From an uncultured Gammaproteobacteria bacterium (lineage in GTDB: Bacteria; Patescibacteriota; Patescibacteriia; UBA2196; GWA2-42-15), in assembly GCA_964573135.1 (NCBI GenBank), contig CAZNIO010000001.1:28612-92611 (forward strand): a stretch of DNA of 64,000 nt. The letters are read 5' to 3'. The notes under the pieces were generated by a model. It did not search any database. It saw only the letters and a program-made list of their open reading frames with translations, and was not told where the DNA came from. Made by a program: the position numbers and the translations under genes. How positions within the stretch are numbered: the stretch's first letter is position 1; every line of letters begins with the position of its first letter. Positions 19,699 to 29,023 of the stretch are shown here, one piece after another.

Positions 19699-19743
19699 TT
19701 GTCATTATATTTTATATAAAATTATATGTCAAATTAATGACAA
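19699..19743. promoter_or_regulatory. Inverted repeat in the TA-module promoter region; candidate operator
   Basis: 9-bp arms TTGTCATTA / TAATGACAA around a 27-nt AT-rich spacer. It sits immediately upstream of the antitoxin start and overlaps the rnhA stop. Confidence 0.4.
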
Positions 19744-20147
19744 CCCTCGTCAATCGCATCATTCACCAGCTTATCAGCCAACTTATTCTTCTCTCTCCTA
19801 ACATGGCTAAAAGTAACTTTCTTAAAATTATGTTTTAAATTATATACTTTAACAAACAACTTACCAAGCGCTACATTCTTCACCTTATATTCACCCTTTA
19901 TCTGCTTAACAATTAATTCTGAATCTAAATAAAAATCAATTGTCTCTGGCCCCAGTTCCTTGGCTTTTTCCAAAGCCAAAACCACAGCCGAATACTCCGC
20001 CACATTATTTGTGGCTTCACCTAAATATTTCTTATGAGTTGCTATAACCTCACCTTTGGGGGACATTATAGCGACACCAGCGCCTGCTGGCCCTGGATTA
20101 CCTCTGGCTCCACCGTCTGTGTATATAACTAGATGTTTATTGTCCAT
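19734..20147 (-). CDS. rnhA: Ribonuclease HI
   Basis: IYTDGGARGNPGPAGAGVAI...EATNNVAEYSAVVLALEKA RNase H motifs. Confidence 0.85.
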   Translation of the reverse strand: MDNKHLVIYTDGGARGNPGPAGAGVAIMSPKGEVIATHKKYLGEATNNVAEYSAVVLALEKAKELGPETIDFYLDSELIVKQIKGEYKVKNVALGKLFVKVYNLKHNFKKVTFSHVRREKNKLADKLVNDAIDEGCH

Positions 20148-20237
20148 GTATACTTATCTTAAACTAAATTAAGCAAAAAGTAAAAGCGCTGCGGTAAATT
20201 CACACAACACTTTTTTAAAATCGCTTGCCGATCAATA

Positions 20238-20555
20238 TTATTGATCGGTATTGCCAACCTTTTTTGTAAAAAAATCCGAAGCTCCTTCAAATTTTTCGAG
20301 ATAGCCTACCTCTACAAAAAAGCTAGCAATACTGTACACAGCTTCCTTCAAACACTTGTCTCCAAGTACCTCGAAAAGACGACAAGCTTGCATAAAACTT
20401 TCAAAGGGGATTTTTGTACAACGATACGCAACCACCCAATCATAAAGATCAGAAGTGGTCCTTAGGGAAACCAACGCTGTCGTTTTGCAGTCCAAGCTTT
20501 TTTTTGCATCTTCCCTTTCTCTAAAACGCACAGCAAATACGTCTGATTTTTTCAT
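20238..20555 (-). CDS. Hypothetical protein
   Basis: 105-aa ORF. No family recognised. A 21-bp perfect palindrome overlaps its stop codon. Confidence 0.35.
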   Translation of the reverse strand: MKKSDVFAVRFREREDAKKSLDCKTTALVSLRTTSDLYDWVVAYRCTKIPFESFMQACRLFEVLGDKCLKEAVYSIASFFVEVGYLEKFEGASDFFTKKVGNTDQ

Positions 20556-20587
20556 TTTTACTCCCTTAAAAAGTGAATATATCTTTA

Positions 20588-22318
20588 TTAATTTCTATTT
20601 TTTAATTTTTCTTTATTTTTAATATCTTTAATTCTACACTCAATCTCCCTGCTTCCATTCCACTCGTTAACTCCCACCTCATACACTATATCAACCCTGT
20701 CTCCTTCCTTAATTTTATTCTTCCACTCAGCCATGCTAAATCCTACAAATTTTTCCGCATCTCCATTACTCTCATCACGTAACAGTAATCGAATATGCTG
20801 GTTGTTACCACCCATTGTGAAAAAATCCATAACCTCTAAATTTTCACTTAAAAATTTAGGTTTCTTGTTACCTTCGCCAAAAGGCTCAAACTTTTCTAAA
20901 TTTTCAATTAAATCCCAATTCAATCCATTTAACCTCATTTCAACCTCAATGTCAATTGAGGGTATTAATTCCACGTCTTTTAACTTCTTTTTAGCAATTT
21001 TTGTAATTTTATCCATAAAATCAATATGATTCTTTTTTCCTAATATAGTCAATCCACATGCTTGAGCATGACCACCAAATTCTGCCAAATATTCCTTACA
21101 TTCCCCCAATGCTTTCGTTATGTCAAACTCTTCTATACTTCTACCAGATCCTACATATTTATCTCCCATCTTACCGAATACTATAACCGGCCTTGAAAAT
21201 TTGTCTGCCAATTTTCCAGCTGCTAAACCCACCATTCCTGGGGACCATCCATCATAGGTGCTAAACAATATCACATCATCTCCCTTAGGCTCACCAATTT
21301 GCTCCAAAGATATCTTCATCATCACTTCTGTCACTTTCTGTCTATTCTGATTTTTTTGATTTAAATCAATCGAAATTGCCAAGCTTTCCGCCTCATCTTC
21401 TGTAGTTAGCAGTTCAAAAGCCGTATTGGCATGATCCATTCTGCCAGCCGCATTGATCCTGGGTGCAATTTGAAATCCAATTGTACGCGTATCTATTTCT
21501 TTGCGGATTGATGCGCGTGATATTAATTCTTTAAGCCCCAATCTTTGCGTCTTATTCAAAACCAATAATCCCCACTTAACTAAAGTCCTATTCTCCCCCA
21601 TAAGTGGCACGCAATCAGCTACCGTGCCTAAAGCCAATAAATCCAGCAACCATTTCTCGTATGCCTCATTATCTTGACTTTTATCTTTTCTTAATAAGGC
21701 TTGGGCTAATTTAAAAGCTACACCCACCCCAGCTAAATATTGAAAAGGATATTTTTCTTTTTTCAAAGTTGGGACTATCATCGCATATGCTTTATCTGGC
21801 AGTTCAGTTGGCTCTTGATGATGATCTGTTATAATAACATCCATGCCAAGTTCTACAGCCAAATCAATCTCTTTTTTACCAGATATCCCACAATCTACTG
21901 TTATAATTAACTTGGTTCCTTGTTTGGCAATTTCTTTAATTGCCGATTCCTTCAATCCATACCCTTCTTTCATCCTATCTGGGATATATATCCCTAAATC
22001 AGATACTCCCACTCTTTTAAGGGCGCTATATAATAGAGAGGTGGATGTTACCCCATCAGCGTCATAATCACCATAAACTACGATTCTTTCTTTTTTAGAG
22101 ATACTTTCAAATATCCGCCCAACCGCCTTGGTCATATCATTGAATAAAAAAGGATCATGCTGATCCTTTAAATAATCAGGTGCTAAAAACTGATCAATTT
22201 CTTCTTGAGTTTTTAAGCCACGATTGTACAGCAACTGCAAAACAACCCCATTTATCTTGGGGAATTTTTCTTCAAATTCTTGATTATATTTAGGTTTAAT
22301 TTTCCATTTTCTAGACAT
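20588..22318 (-). CDS. recJ: Single-stranded-DNA-specific exonuclease RecJ
   Basis: DHH motifs (VVYGDYDADGVTS, ITDHH) plus a DHHA1 region. 576 aa. Confidence 0.85.
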   Translation of the reverse strand: MSRKWKIKPKYNQEFEEKFPKINGVVLQLLYNRGLKTQEEIDQFLAPDYLKDQHDPFLFNDMTKAVGRIFESISKKERIVVYGDYDADGVTSTSLLYSALKRVGVSDLGIYIPDRMKEGYGLKESAIKEIAKQGTKLIITVDCGISGKKEIDLAVELGMDVIITDHHQEPTELPDKAYAMIVPTLKKEKYPFQYLAGVGVAFKLAQALLRKDKSQDNEAYEKWLLDLLALGTVADCVPLMGENRTLVKWGLLVLNKTQRLGLKELISRASIRKEIDTRTIGFQIAPRINAAGRMDHANTAFELLTTEDEAESLAISIDLNQKNQNRQKVTEVMMKISLEQIGEPKGDDVILFSTYDGWSPGMVGLAAGKLADKFSRPVIVFGKMGDKYVGSGRSIEEFDITKALGECKEYLAEFGGHAQACGLTILGKKNHIDFMDKITKIAKKKLKDVELIPSIDIEVEMRLNGLNWDLIENLEKFEPFGEGNKKPKFLSENLEVMDFFTMGGNNQHIRLLLRDESNGDAEKFVGFSMAEWKNKIKEGDRVDIVYEVGVNEWNGSREIECRIKDIKNKEKLKNRN

Positions 22319-22714
22319 GTTTGGATTATATCACTCATAAGATTTTTGGCAAAATAAAAAAGTAACAATATTAAATTTAGTTACTTCTTTATTTTTTGAG
22401 CCAACTCTCCTTGACGATTATAACTCCGTGACGCCGGCAATATTCTTTTAATTGCTTTGGCACTTTTTTGACTACTAACGTAAGTATCCCCATTGTAGTT
22501 GTCCAAGCTACCAAATTACCCTGCGCCAAAAATTTAATATAATCAAGTACAAGGGCTAGCCCATGATCCAATAATCCTAATCCTGGATTCATACAGGCCC
22601 TCCTTTTAATCTATTAATTTTTGTTTACATATTAATCCTAGCTCCATAAAGGTATATTTGTCAAAAACCCTTAAAAAAGCTAGAATTAAAACATCAAATT
22701 AGCCTATCAAATAT

Positions 22715-24139
22715 ATGTCAAAACTACAACTCTACAATACCCTAACTCGCAAAAAAGAAGAATTTAAACCTCTTAAAAAAAACAAGGTTACTATCTACCA
22801 TTGCGGGCCAACAGTTTACTGGACTCAGCACATCGGTAACATGCGCGGCATGACTTGCGCTGATCTTATAACCCGCTCTTTAAACTACCTTGATTTTAAG
22901 GTTATCCTCACCCGCAACTACACAGATGTGGGACATTTAACTTCTGACGCCGATCAAGGCGAAGATAAAATGGAAAAAGCTGCTAAGCGCGATAAACTCT
23001 CACCAGATGAGGTAGCTGATAAATACATTAAAATATTTGAAAATGATGTTAAAAATTTAAATAATCTAGAACCCAAATACAAACCCAGAGCCACTCAGTG
23101 TATCAAGCCAATGATCAAAATGGTTAAAACATTGATTAATAAGGGTTATGCATATACCACCGATTTAGCCGTCTACTTTGATGTCTCTAAGGCCAAAGAC
23201 TATACGAAGCTCTCAAGACAAAACCTTGATAACCTTATATCCCAAACCGGTCAAGATAAGGTTATTGATAAACACAAAAAAAACACACATGATTTCGCCA
23301 TCTGGCTTTTCCGTGCTGGCGAGCATAAAAATGCTCTGCAGTATTGGAAATCCCCTTTTAAATCCAAATTGGTTGATAAAGGGCAAGGCTTTCCCGGCTG
23401 GCACCTCGAATGTTCTGTCATGGCTAAAAAATATTTAGGTGACACCATCGATATTCACATGGGTGGCATAGAACATATTCCCATTCACCACACCAATGAA
23501 ATTGCCCAATCCGAGGCTGCCAATGGAGTTAATTTCGCTAACTACTGGCTACACAATGAACACTTAATAGTCAATCAGGGCAAGATGGCTAAATCTGAAG
23601 GCACCAGCTATAGTCTGGGAGAAATAAAAGAAAAGGGTTTTGATCCCCTATCCCTACGCTACTTCTTCCTTAACGCCCACTATCGCTCCAAGCAAAATTT
23701 CACTTGGCAGGCCCTAGAGGCTGCAAATAAGGGATATTCTAACCTAAAAAAAGACATCCTATCTTTAGGTAATAAAAAAGGTAAAGTAGATCAAAAGTTT
23801 AAAGAGGAATTTATTAAAAAAATATCAGATGATTTCAATATCCCACAAGCCCTGGCGCTTATACCTCAAGTATTAAAATCAAACTTGAGTGATAAGGACA
23901 AATTAGCTACTCTATCAGATTTTGATAAGGTCTTTGGTCTAAATTTAGATAAAATAAAAGAAAAAAAAATAGCTGTACCAGCAGAGGTAGAAAAGCTAGC
24001 AGAAGACAGACTAAAAGCGCGCCAACAAAAAGACTGGGCTAAGGCCGATGAATTCAGAAATAAAATTCAAAAGCTAGGATTTACAGTTGAAGATAAAGAC
24101 AAGGGGTTTGAAATAAAAAAACATGAAACATTCTCTTAA
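22715..24139 (+). CDS. cysS: Cysteine--tRNA ligase
   Basis: HCGPTVY / HIGN (HIGH-type) and KMAKSEG (KMSKS) motifs. 474 aa. Confidence 0.9.
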   Translation: MSKLQLYNTLTRKKEEFKPLKKNKVTIYHCGPTVYWTQHIGNMRGMTCADLITRSLNYLDFKVILTRNYTDVGHLTSDADQGEDKMEKAAKRDKLSPDEVADKYIKIFENDVKNLNNLEPKYKPRATQCIKPMIKMVKTLINKGYAYTTDLAVYFDVSKAKDYTKLSRQNLDNLISQTGQDKVIDKHKKNTHDFAIWLFRAGEHKNALQYWKSPFKSKLVDKGQGFPGWHLECSVMAKKYLGDTIDIHMGGIEHIPIHHTNEIAQSEAANGVNFANYWLHNEHLIVNQGKMAKSEGTSYSLGEIKEKGFDPLSLRYFFLNAHYRSKQNFTWQALEAANKGYSNLKKDILSLGNKKGKVDQKFKEEFIKKISDDFNIPQALALIPQVLKSNLSDKDKLATLSDFDKVFGLNLDKIKEKKIAVPAEVEKLAEDRLKARQQKDWAKADEFRNKIQKLGFTVEDKDKGFEIKKHETFS

Positions 24140-24599
24140 AACTGGCCTTTCATTTGGCATCACCTCTGGCATTATCACCACTCTAGGCCTAATCGTTGGT
24201 CTACATGCCGGCACTCACTCAAAACTTGTCATCATTGGCGGTATTTTAACCATTGCCATTGCTGATTCGTTTTCAGATGCACTTGGCATTCATATCGCAG
24301 AAGAATCTAAACCAAATACTACAAATAAATCAGTCTGGGAAGCAACTCTGGCTACCTTGATCACCAAATTTGTTTTCGCCCTAACCTTCGTTATCCCTGT
24401 CTTGCTTTTAAATCTTAATTTAGCTATTCTTGTGAGTATTCTCTGGGGAATACTCATTTTGTCTATCTTAAGCTTCTCAATAGCTAAAAAACAGCAAAAA
24501 AAACCATACAAAGTAGTAACCGAACATACCCTTATCGCTATTATTGTCATTATCCTCACCCACTATGTCGGTCAATGGATCAATCAAGTATTTAATTAA
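24123..24599 (+). CDS. Small polytopic membrane protein (possibly VIT1/CCC1-like)
   Basis: 158 aa with 4-5 TM segments. Overlaps the cysS 3' end by 17 nt. The family call is tentative. Confidence 0.35.
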   Translation: MKHSLKTGLSFGITSGIITTLGLIVGLHAGTHSKLVIIGGILTIAIADSFSDALGIHIAEESKPNTTNKSVWEATLATLITKFVFALTFVIPVLLLNLNLAILVSILWGILILSILSFSIAKKQQKKPYKVVTEHTLIAIIVIILTHYVGQWINQVFN

Positions 24600-24602
24600 A
24601 TT

Positions 24603-25517
24603 ATGTATAACTTCTGGTTTAAATTCAAAAAACCAATTATAGCGCTAGCTCCCATGGCCGGATACACAGATTCGGCTTTTCGTTTACTTTGCCACCAAAT
24701 GGGGGCTGACATAGTTTATTCTGAGATGATATCAGTTGACGCTATCTGCTATAACAATCAAAAAACCCTTAAGATGTTTAAATACCACCCCAAAGAAAAA
24801 CCCATTGTTTTTCAACTGTTTGGCAATAAGGTAGATAAATTTAAACAAGCCATTAGCCAGCTCCCAGTTAAAGGTAAAAATATTGGCATTGACATAAACT
24901 CAGGCTGTCCAGCGCATAAAGTGTACAAAACCGGATCAGGCGCAGCCCTTATGAACGAACTTGATAAAGCATATAATATAATACAAACAGTCTGCCAAAA
25001 TACCGATCTACCAATCTCAGTTAAAATCAGGACTAAAGTAAAAGACACAACAGCAATTGATTTTATAAAAAAAATAAAAGATCTACCAATTTCTGCCATC
25101 ATGATTCACGGCAGAACCCTTAATCAAGGATTTGCGGGAGAGATAGATTATAAAATTATACACCAAGCAAAACAATTACTGCCAAACAAAATAGTATTAG
25201 CTAATGGTGGAATCAATAGCCAAAAGGATATAGCTGAAGTATTAGAAAAAACCCAAGCCGATGGCTTGGGTGTTGCCCGCGGAGCTTTAGGCAACCCATG
25301 GATATTTAAGAAAAAATCCAACCCCACTAAGAGAAATAGAAAAAAAATAATAATAAAACACGCCAAACTTTTCCTCAAAGATAACTACAGTCTAACGCCT
25401 CTGCGCCAACATCTCGTCCACTATATCAAAGGACAAAAAAATGCGTCAGCTATACGCCAACGCCTAATCCACGTCGAAAATCTAAATGAGCTTAAAAAAA
25501 TATTAAAAGATTTCTAA
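24603..25517 (+). CDS. dus: tRNA-dihydrouridine synthase
   Basis: IALAPMAGYTDSAFRLLCHQMGADIVYSEM N-terminus is typical of Dus flavoenzymes. Confidence 0.8.
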   Translation: MYNFWFKFKKPIIALAPMAGYTDSAFRLLCHQMGADIVYSEMISVDAICYNNQKTLKMFKYHPKEKPIVFQLFGNKVDKFKQAISQLPVKGKNIGIDINSGCPAHKVYKTGSGAALMNELDKAYNIIQTVCQNTDLPISVKIRTKVKDTTAIDFIKKIKDLPISAIMIHGRTLNQGFAGEIDYKIIHQAKQLLPNKIVLANGGINSQKDIAEVLEKTQADGLGVARGALGNPWIFKKKSNPTKRNRKKIIIKHAKLFLKDNYSLTPLRQHLVHYIKGQKNASAIRQRLIHVENLNELKKILKDF

Positions 25518-26128
25518 TATGACGGCCTGCCAGGTCGTCTTCTTCTCTTTCTGGTCAAAAATATTCCCACTAGAGGTAAAAATACCCATACAAAACGTCC
25601 CACCTCGCCCGCAAACATGCTCATCGCTCTTTCAGAAAATTGTGTTAAAAAATTTATCGGCAAAACACTTAAAATAACCGTTGCCAAAAGCCCAGTATAC
25701 AAAACACCATTGATAACAGCCATAACCCAACGTATCAAAAAATTATACTTATAATACGCCTTCATCAAATGAGTAGCAGATAATACAATGGCTATAATTA
25801 TTATACTAACTATAACTAAAACTATCTTAAACCACCATTCAAAAACAAAAGGAGCTCCCCCGCCAATAACCTCATAAGGAAAAAATAGAGCTGACAGCCA
25901 AGCTACGTAAGTACTAATAAAGGCAATCAGTACATTATGAGCATCCAATAAAAAACCAAATAAAAATATAACGATAATAGCGATCAAAAAAATCATCATA
26001 TCTCCCCAATATCCCTGACTGATCAGCTGCTCAGATACCTTGCCTGTGGCTTCTAAGCCTGCCTGACCTATGCTATCAGGAATTTTCAAACTAAAGGCAA
26101 ATAAATTTAAAAACATAGACAAAAACAA
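25514..26128 (-). CDS. Hypothetical polytopic membrane protein
   Basis: 204 aa with ~5 TM segments and a basic C-terminus (RKRRRRPGRPSY). Confidence 0.4.
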   Translation of the reverse strand: MFLSMFLNLFAFSLKIPDSIGQAGLEATGKVSEQLISQGYWGDMMIFLIAIIVIFLFGFLLDAHNVLIAFISTYVAWLSALFFPYEVIGGGAPFVFEWWFKIVLVIVSIIIIAIVLSATHLMKAYYKYNFLIRWVMAVINGVLYTGLLATVILSVLPINFLTQFSERAMSMFAGEVGRFVWVFLPLVGIFLTRKRRRRPGRPSY

Positions 26129-26199
26129 TTAATTATTATATAGATATATTATAACACAAATAAATAACTGAACCAAAAATCAAATATGGGAGTATAGCC

Positions 26200-26712
26200 A
26201 TGAAAACAATAGACAAGATTATGACCGCAGGCGTTATACTTTTGGCTCTCTACGCCTTCTGCCAGCTCTTCATGTGTTCATGTTCAACATTGCACAAAAA
26301 AGCGGCGAAAAGACCAATATACACCATTACACATGGTGTATATAAAATCTCCTTTTCGTGTGACAGCAGTTCACACGGAAAATTCGAGGCTATCTACAAA
26401 AAAATAGCCAAGTGCCTAGGTACCAGGAAAGACAACAATACAGTGGTCATCGGCCTTGATATAAAAACACTGGGCGACTACTGGGACACATTGAAGGTGC
26501 GCTACATCCAATACAAAGGTCAAGTTTACCCGGTTGGCGCGCAACTTCAAAAAAATAAAAATACTAATTGTAAAATAATACGAGAATTTCTCATTCACCA
26601 GCTACAATCAGTCTTTAAGCGGCACCAACTAAAAGAGGCTGAAATCGAAAGAAAAAAAATAAAGGATAATAAAAAAAGTCGGCCAATTAAGGCGGACTTT
26701 TTTAATATATAA
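26200..26712 (+). CDS. Hypothetical secreted / N-terminally anchored protein
   Basis: 170 aa with an N-terminal hydrophobic segment. Confidence 0.35.
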   Translation: MKTIDKIMTAGVILLALYAFCQLFMCSCSTLHKKAAKRPIYTITHGVYKISFSCDSSSHGKFEAIYKKIAKCLGTRKDNNTVVIGLDIKTLGDYWDTLKVRYIQYKGQVYPVGAQLQKNKNTNCKIIREFLIHQLQSVFKRHQLKEAEIERKKIKDNKKSRPIKADFFNI

Positions 26713-26723
26713 AAATTTTAAAT

Positions 26724-28292
26724 TTACAACCCAAACGACTTTCCAATTTTCTTCGTCTCCTCACTACCTATCATAAACCCAACTATCAAATAAACTACGA
26801 CTCCCATAATACCTGCTACTACAAATTGTGTCAGCACTCCCACAAATGTTTGCATGTCCACCATATCTGCCACTAAATATTTAGTAATCTGAATAGCCAC
26901 CACTCCCCCAATACTTCCTGTTATAATCTTCAATACAGCAAAACCTATTCTTTTCTCATCTAAAAATCCCACTTTATGTTTTAAAATCACTCCAAGCAAT
27001 ATAACATTCAAAATACTTGATATAGAAAAAGATAAAGCCAATCCCATAACTCCCATGGTTTTTGCCAAAACTAACGATAAAACAATATTAACTGCTACAG
27101 ACACTAACCCCGCAATAACTGGGGTTTTTGTATCATGCCTGGCATAAAATGCTCGTGCTAATACAGGCACCAATCCTTGAGCAAAAAGAGAAATACAAAA
27201 ATATCCTAAAGTGTCAGCTGTAAATATAGTATCCTGCCAATCAAAAGCTCCACTTCCCAAAATCAACCTAACAGTTTGAGCCCTAAGGGCAATCATAAAT
27301 ACAGATACAGGAATGATTAAATAAAGAATTCTCCGAATGGTTTTTGATAATTGTAAAACAAATTTCTCCTTGTTCTTCTCTGCCACGCTCTCACTCAATG
27401 CTGGAAAGCTAGCCACGGCAAATGATATGGCAAAAACAGAAACCGGTACTGAAGCCAAATTAAAAGCTAAGTTAAATACAGCGATTGAACCAGCTATTAA
27501 AGTTGAGCCAATAATAGTAATTACCAACTGATTAATTTGCCCCACCGCCAATCCAAAAGTACGCGGCAACATTAGCTTGCCTATTTTTCTAACTGCCCTG
27601 TCTTTTAATAATAAGACAGGTTTCCATTTAAATCCTGCCTTAACTACACTTGGTAATTGCACCACTAAATGCAAAAAGGCTCCAACCACCACTCCCCAAG
27701 CTAAACCAATTGGCCCCATTCTATCAACAAGAAATACTATACCAAAAATTATACCTGCGTTATACATAACTGGCGCCAAAGCATACATGGTAAATCTTTT
27801 CATCGCCTGCAAAATCCCAGATAATACATTACTTATACCAAAGAAAAGAATGGATACTAGCATTATACGAGTCATATTCGCAGCTAATTCCAGTTTTTCA
27901 CCCGTAAATCCAGGAGCAATCAATCCCATTAAGGGTTTAGCTAAAATAAAAAAGATGACACCTAAAACCAGCATCACCAAAAGTATTATATTCATTACAG
28001 CAGAAGACATCCGCCAATGGTCAATCCCTTTGCCACCATTCTTTAATTTAATAAATACGGGAATAAAGGCCGCAGACAAGGCTCCTAATACCAAAGTATT
28101 AAATATCAAATCGGGTAATTTAAAAGCTGCATAATATGCATCCAATATATCACCGGCGCCAAAACCAGATGCCAACAACCGATCACGAACCAAGGCTAAC
28201 AACTTACTCAAAACCGAAAAAACCGCTATGACTATAGCGCCTCCAGTAATGGAACTATTAAGTTTATTTAATAATTTCTTAATCAAATACAT
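26724..28292 (-). CDS. murJ: Lipid II flippase MurJ
   Basis: N-terminus ...SKLLALVRDRLLASGFGAGDILDAYYAAFKLPDLIFN and 14-TM architecture. 522 aa. Confidence 0.85.
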   Translation of the reverse strand: MYLIKKLLNKLNSSITGGAIVIAVFSVLSKLLALVRDRLLASGFGAGDILDAYYAAFKLPDLIFNTLVLGALSAAFIPVFIKLKNGGKGIDHWRMSSAVMNIILLVMLVLGVIFFILAKPLMGLIAPGFTGEKLELAANMTRIMLVSILFFGISNVLSGILQAMKRFTMYALAPVMYNAGIIFGIVFLVDRMGPIGLAWGVVVGAFLHLVVQLPSVVKAGFKWKPVLLLKDRAVRKIGKLMLPRTFGLAVGQINQLVITIIGSTLIAGSIAVFNLAFNLASVPVSVFAISFAVASFPALSESVAEKNKEKFVLQLSKTIRRILYLIIPVSVFMIALRAQTVRLILGSGAFDWQDTIFTADTLGYFCISLFAQGLVPVLARAFYARHDTKTPVIAGLVSVAVNIVLSLVLAKTMGVMGLALSFSISSILNVILLGVILKHKVGFLDEKRIGFAVLKIITGSIGGVVAIQITKYLVADMVDMQTFVGVLTQFVVAGIMGVVVYLIVGFMIGSEETKKIGKSFGL

Positions 28293-28488
28293 AATTATTA
28301 GGAAGTTTTCTTCATTACAATATCCATTATCAATCTAAATTTTCTCCATTGCCGACTATTGACATTTCTCTATTATATGCTATATTATATTTAGTGCTTG
28401 TGTAGGGCTTCGGCCCTCTCACGGTCAATCATTGTAAACCGTAGCACAGCACTAACAAAAAATCATCACACTAGGTGGTGTTTTTTTG

Positions 28489-29013
28489 TTAATCCTCGCC
28501 AGGATTTCCACTATATATTAATCTTTTTCCCAACATATCAGTTCTCCAAAATGGAATAATACTCCAAAAATGTGATTCTCCTCCATAAACTTTTTTAATA
28601 ATTACGCGGACACGATAATCATTTATTACAGCAATAAATTCAAAATACGTCACACGCTTCATTACATGTGCCCATTTTATCTTTTTTACTCTTACCATCT
28701 CATTCCTCTCCTGAATACCCTGCAATGTATGTGAAGCTTCAATAGTTTTAGAGGCAAGAGGGAGACAACGAAGGCGAATATATTGATCTTCGGCAGATCT
28801 TGTTTTATTTCTGTCTTTAAATTTAATATGCTCTAAACCCTTTGAATTAAAAGCAACCTGGTCTTTGAAATAGGGGCAATAGATGGAATCAATCTCCCTG
28901 TATTCTTGCTCTGCTTTATTTTTTATGTTTTTTAATTTTTCCTCATTTACTTCCATAAATAAAATTTCTAATCTACCTTCTAAACTCAAGATAGCCAACC
29001 TTATTCTTCCCAA
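28489..29013 (-). CDS. Hypothetical protein
   Basis: 174-aa ORF. No family recognised. Confidence 0.35.
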   Translation of the reverse strand: MGRIRLAILSLEGRLEILFMEVNEEKLKNIKNKAEQEYREIDSIYCPYFKDQVAFNSKGLEHIKFKDRNKTRSAEDQYIRLRCLPLASKTIEASHTLQGIQERNEMVRVKKIKWAHVMKRVTYFEFIAVINDYRVRVIIKKVYGGESHFWSIIPFWRTDMLGKRLIYSGNPGED

Positions 29014-29023
29014 ATACGGTATA

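Noticed and set aside
22389-22592. 67-aa ORF 22389..22592(-)
   Set aside because: Short, with no recognisable motif and no clear RBS. It could be real, but the evidence is insufficient.
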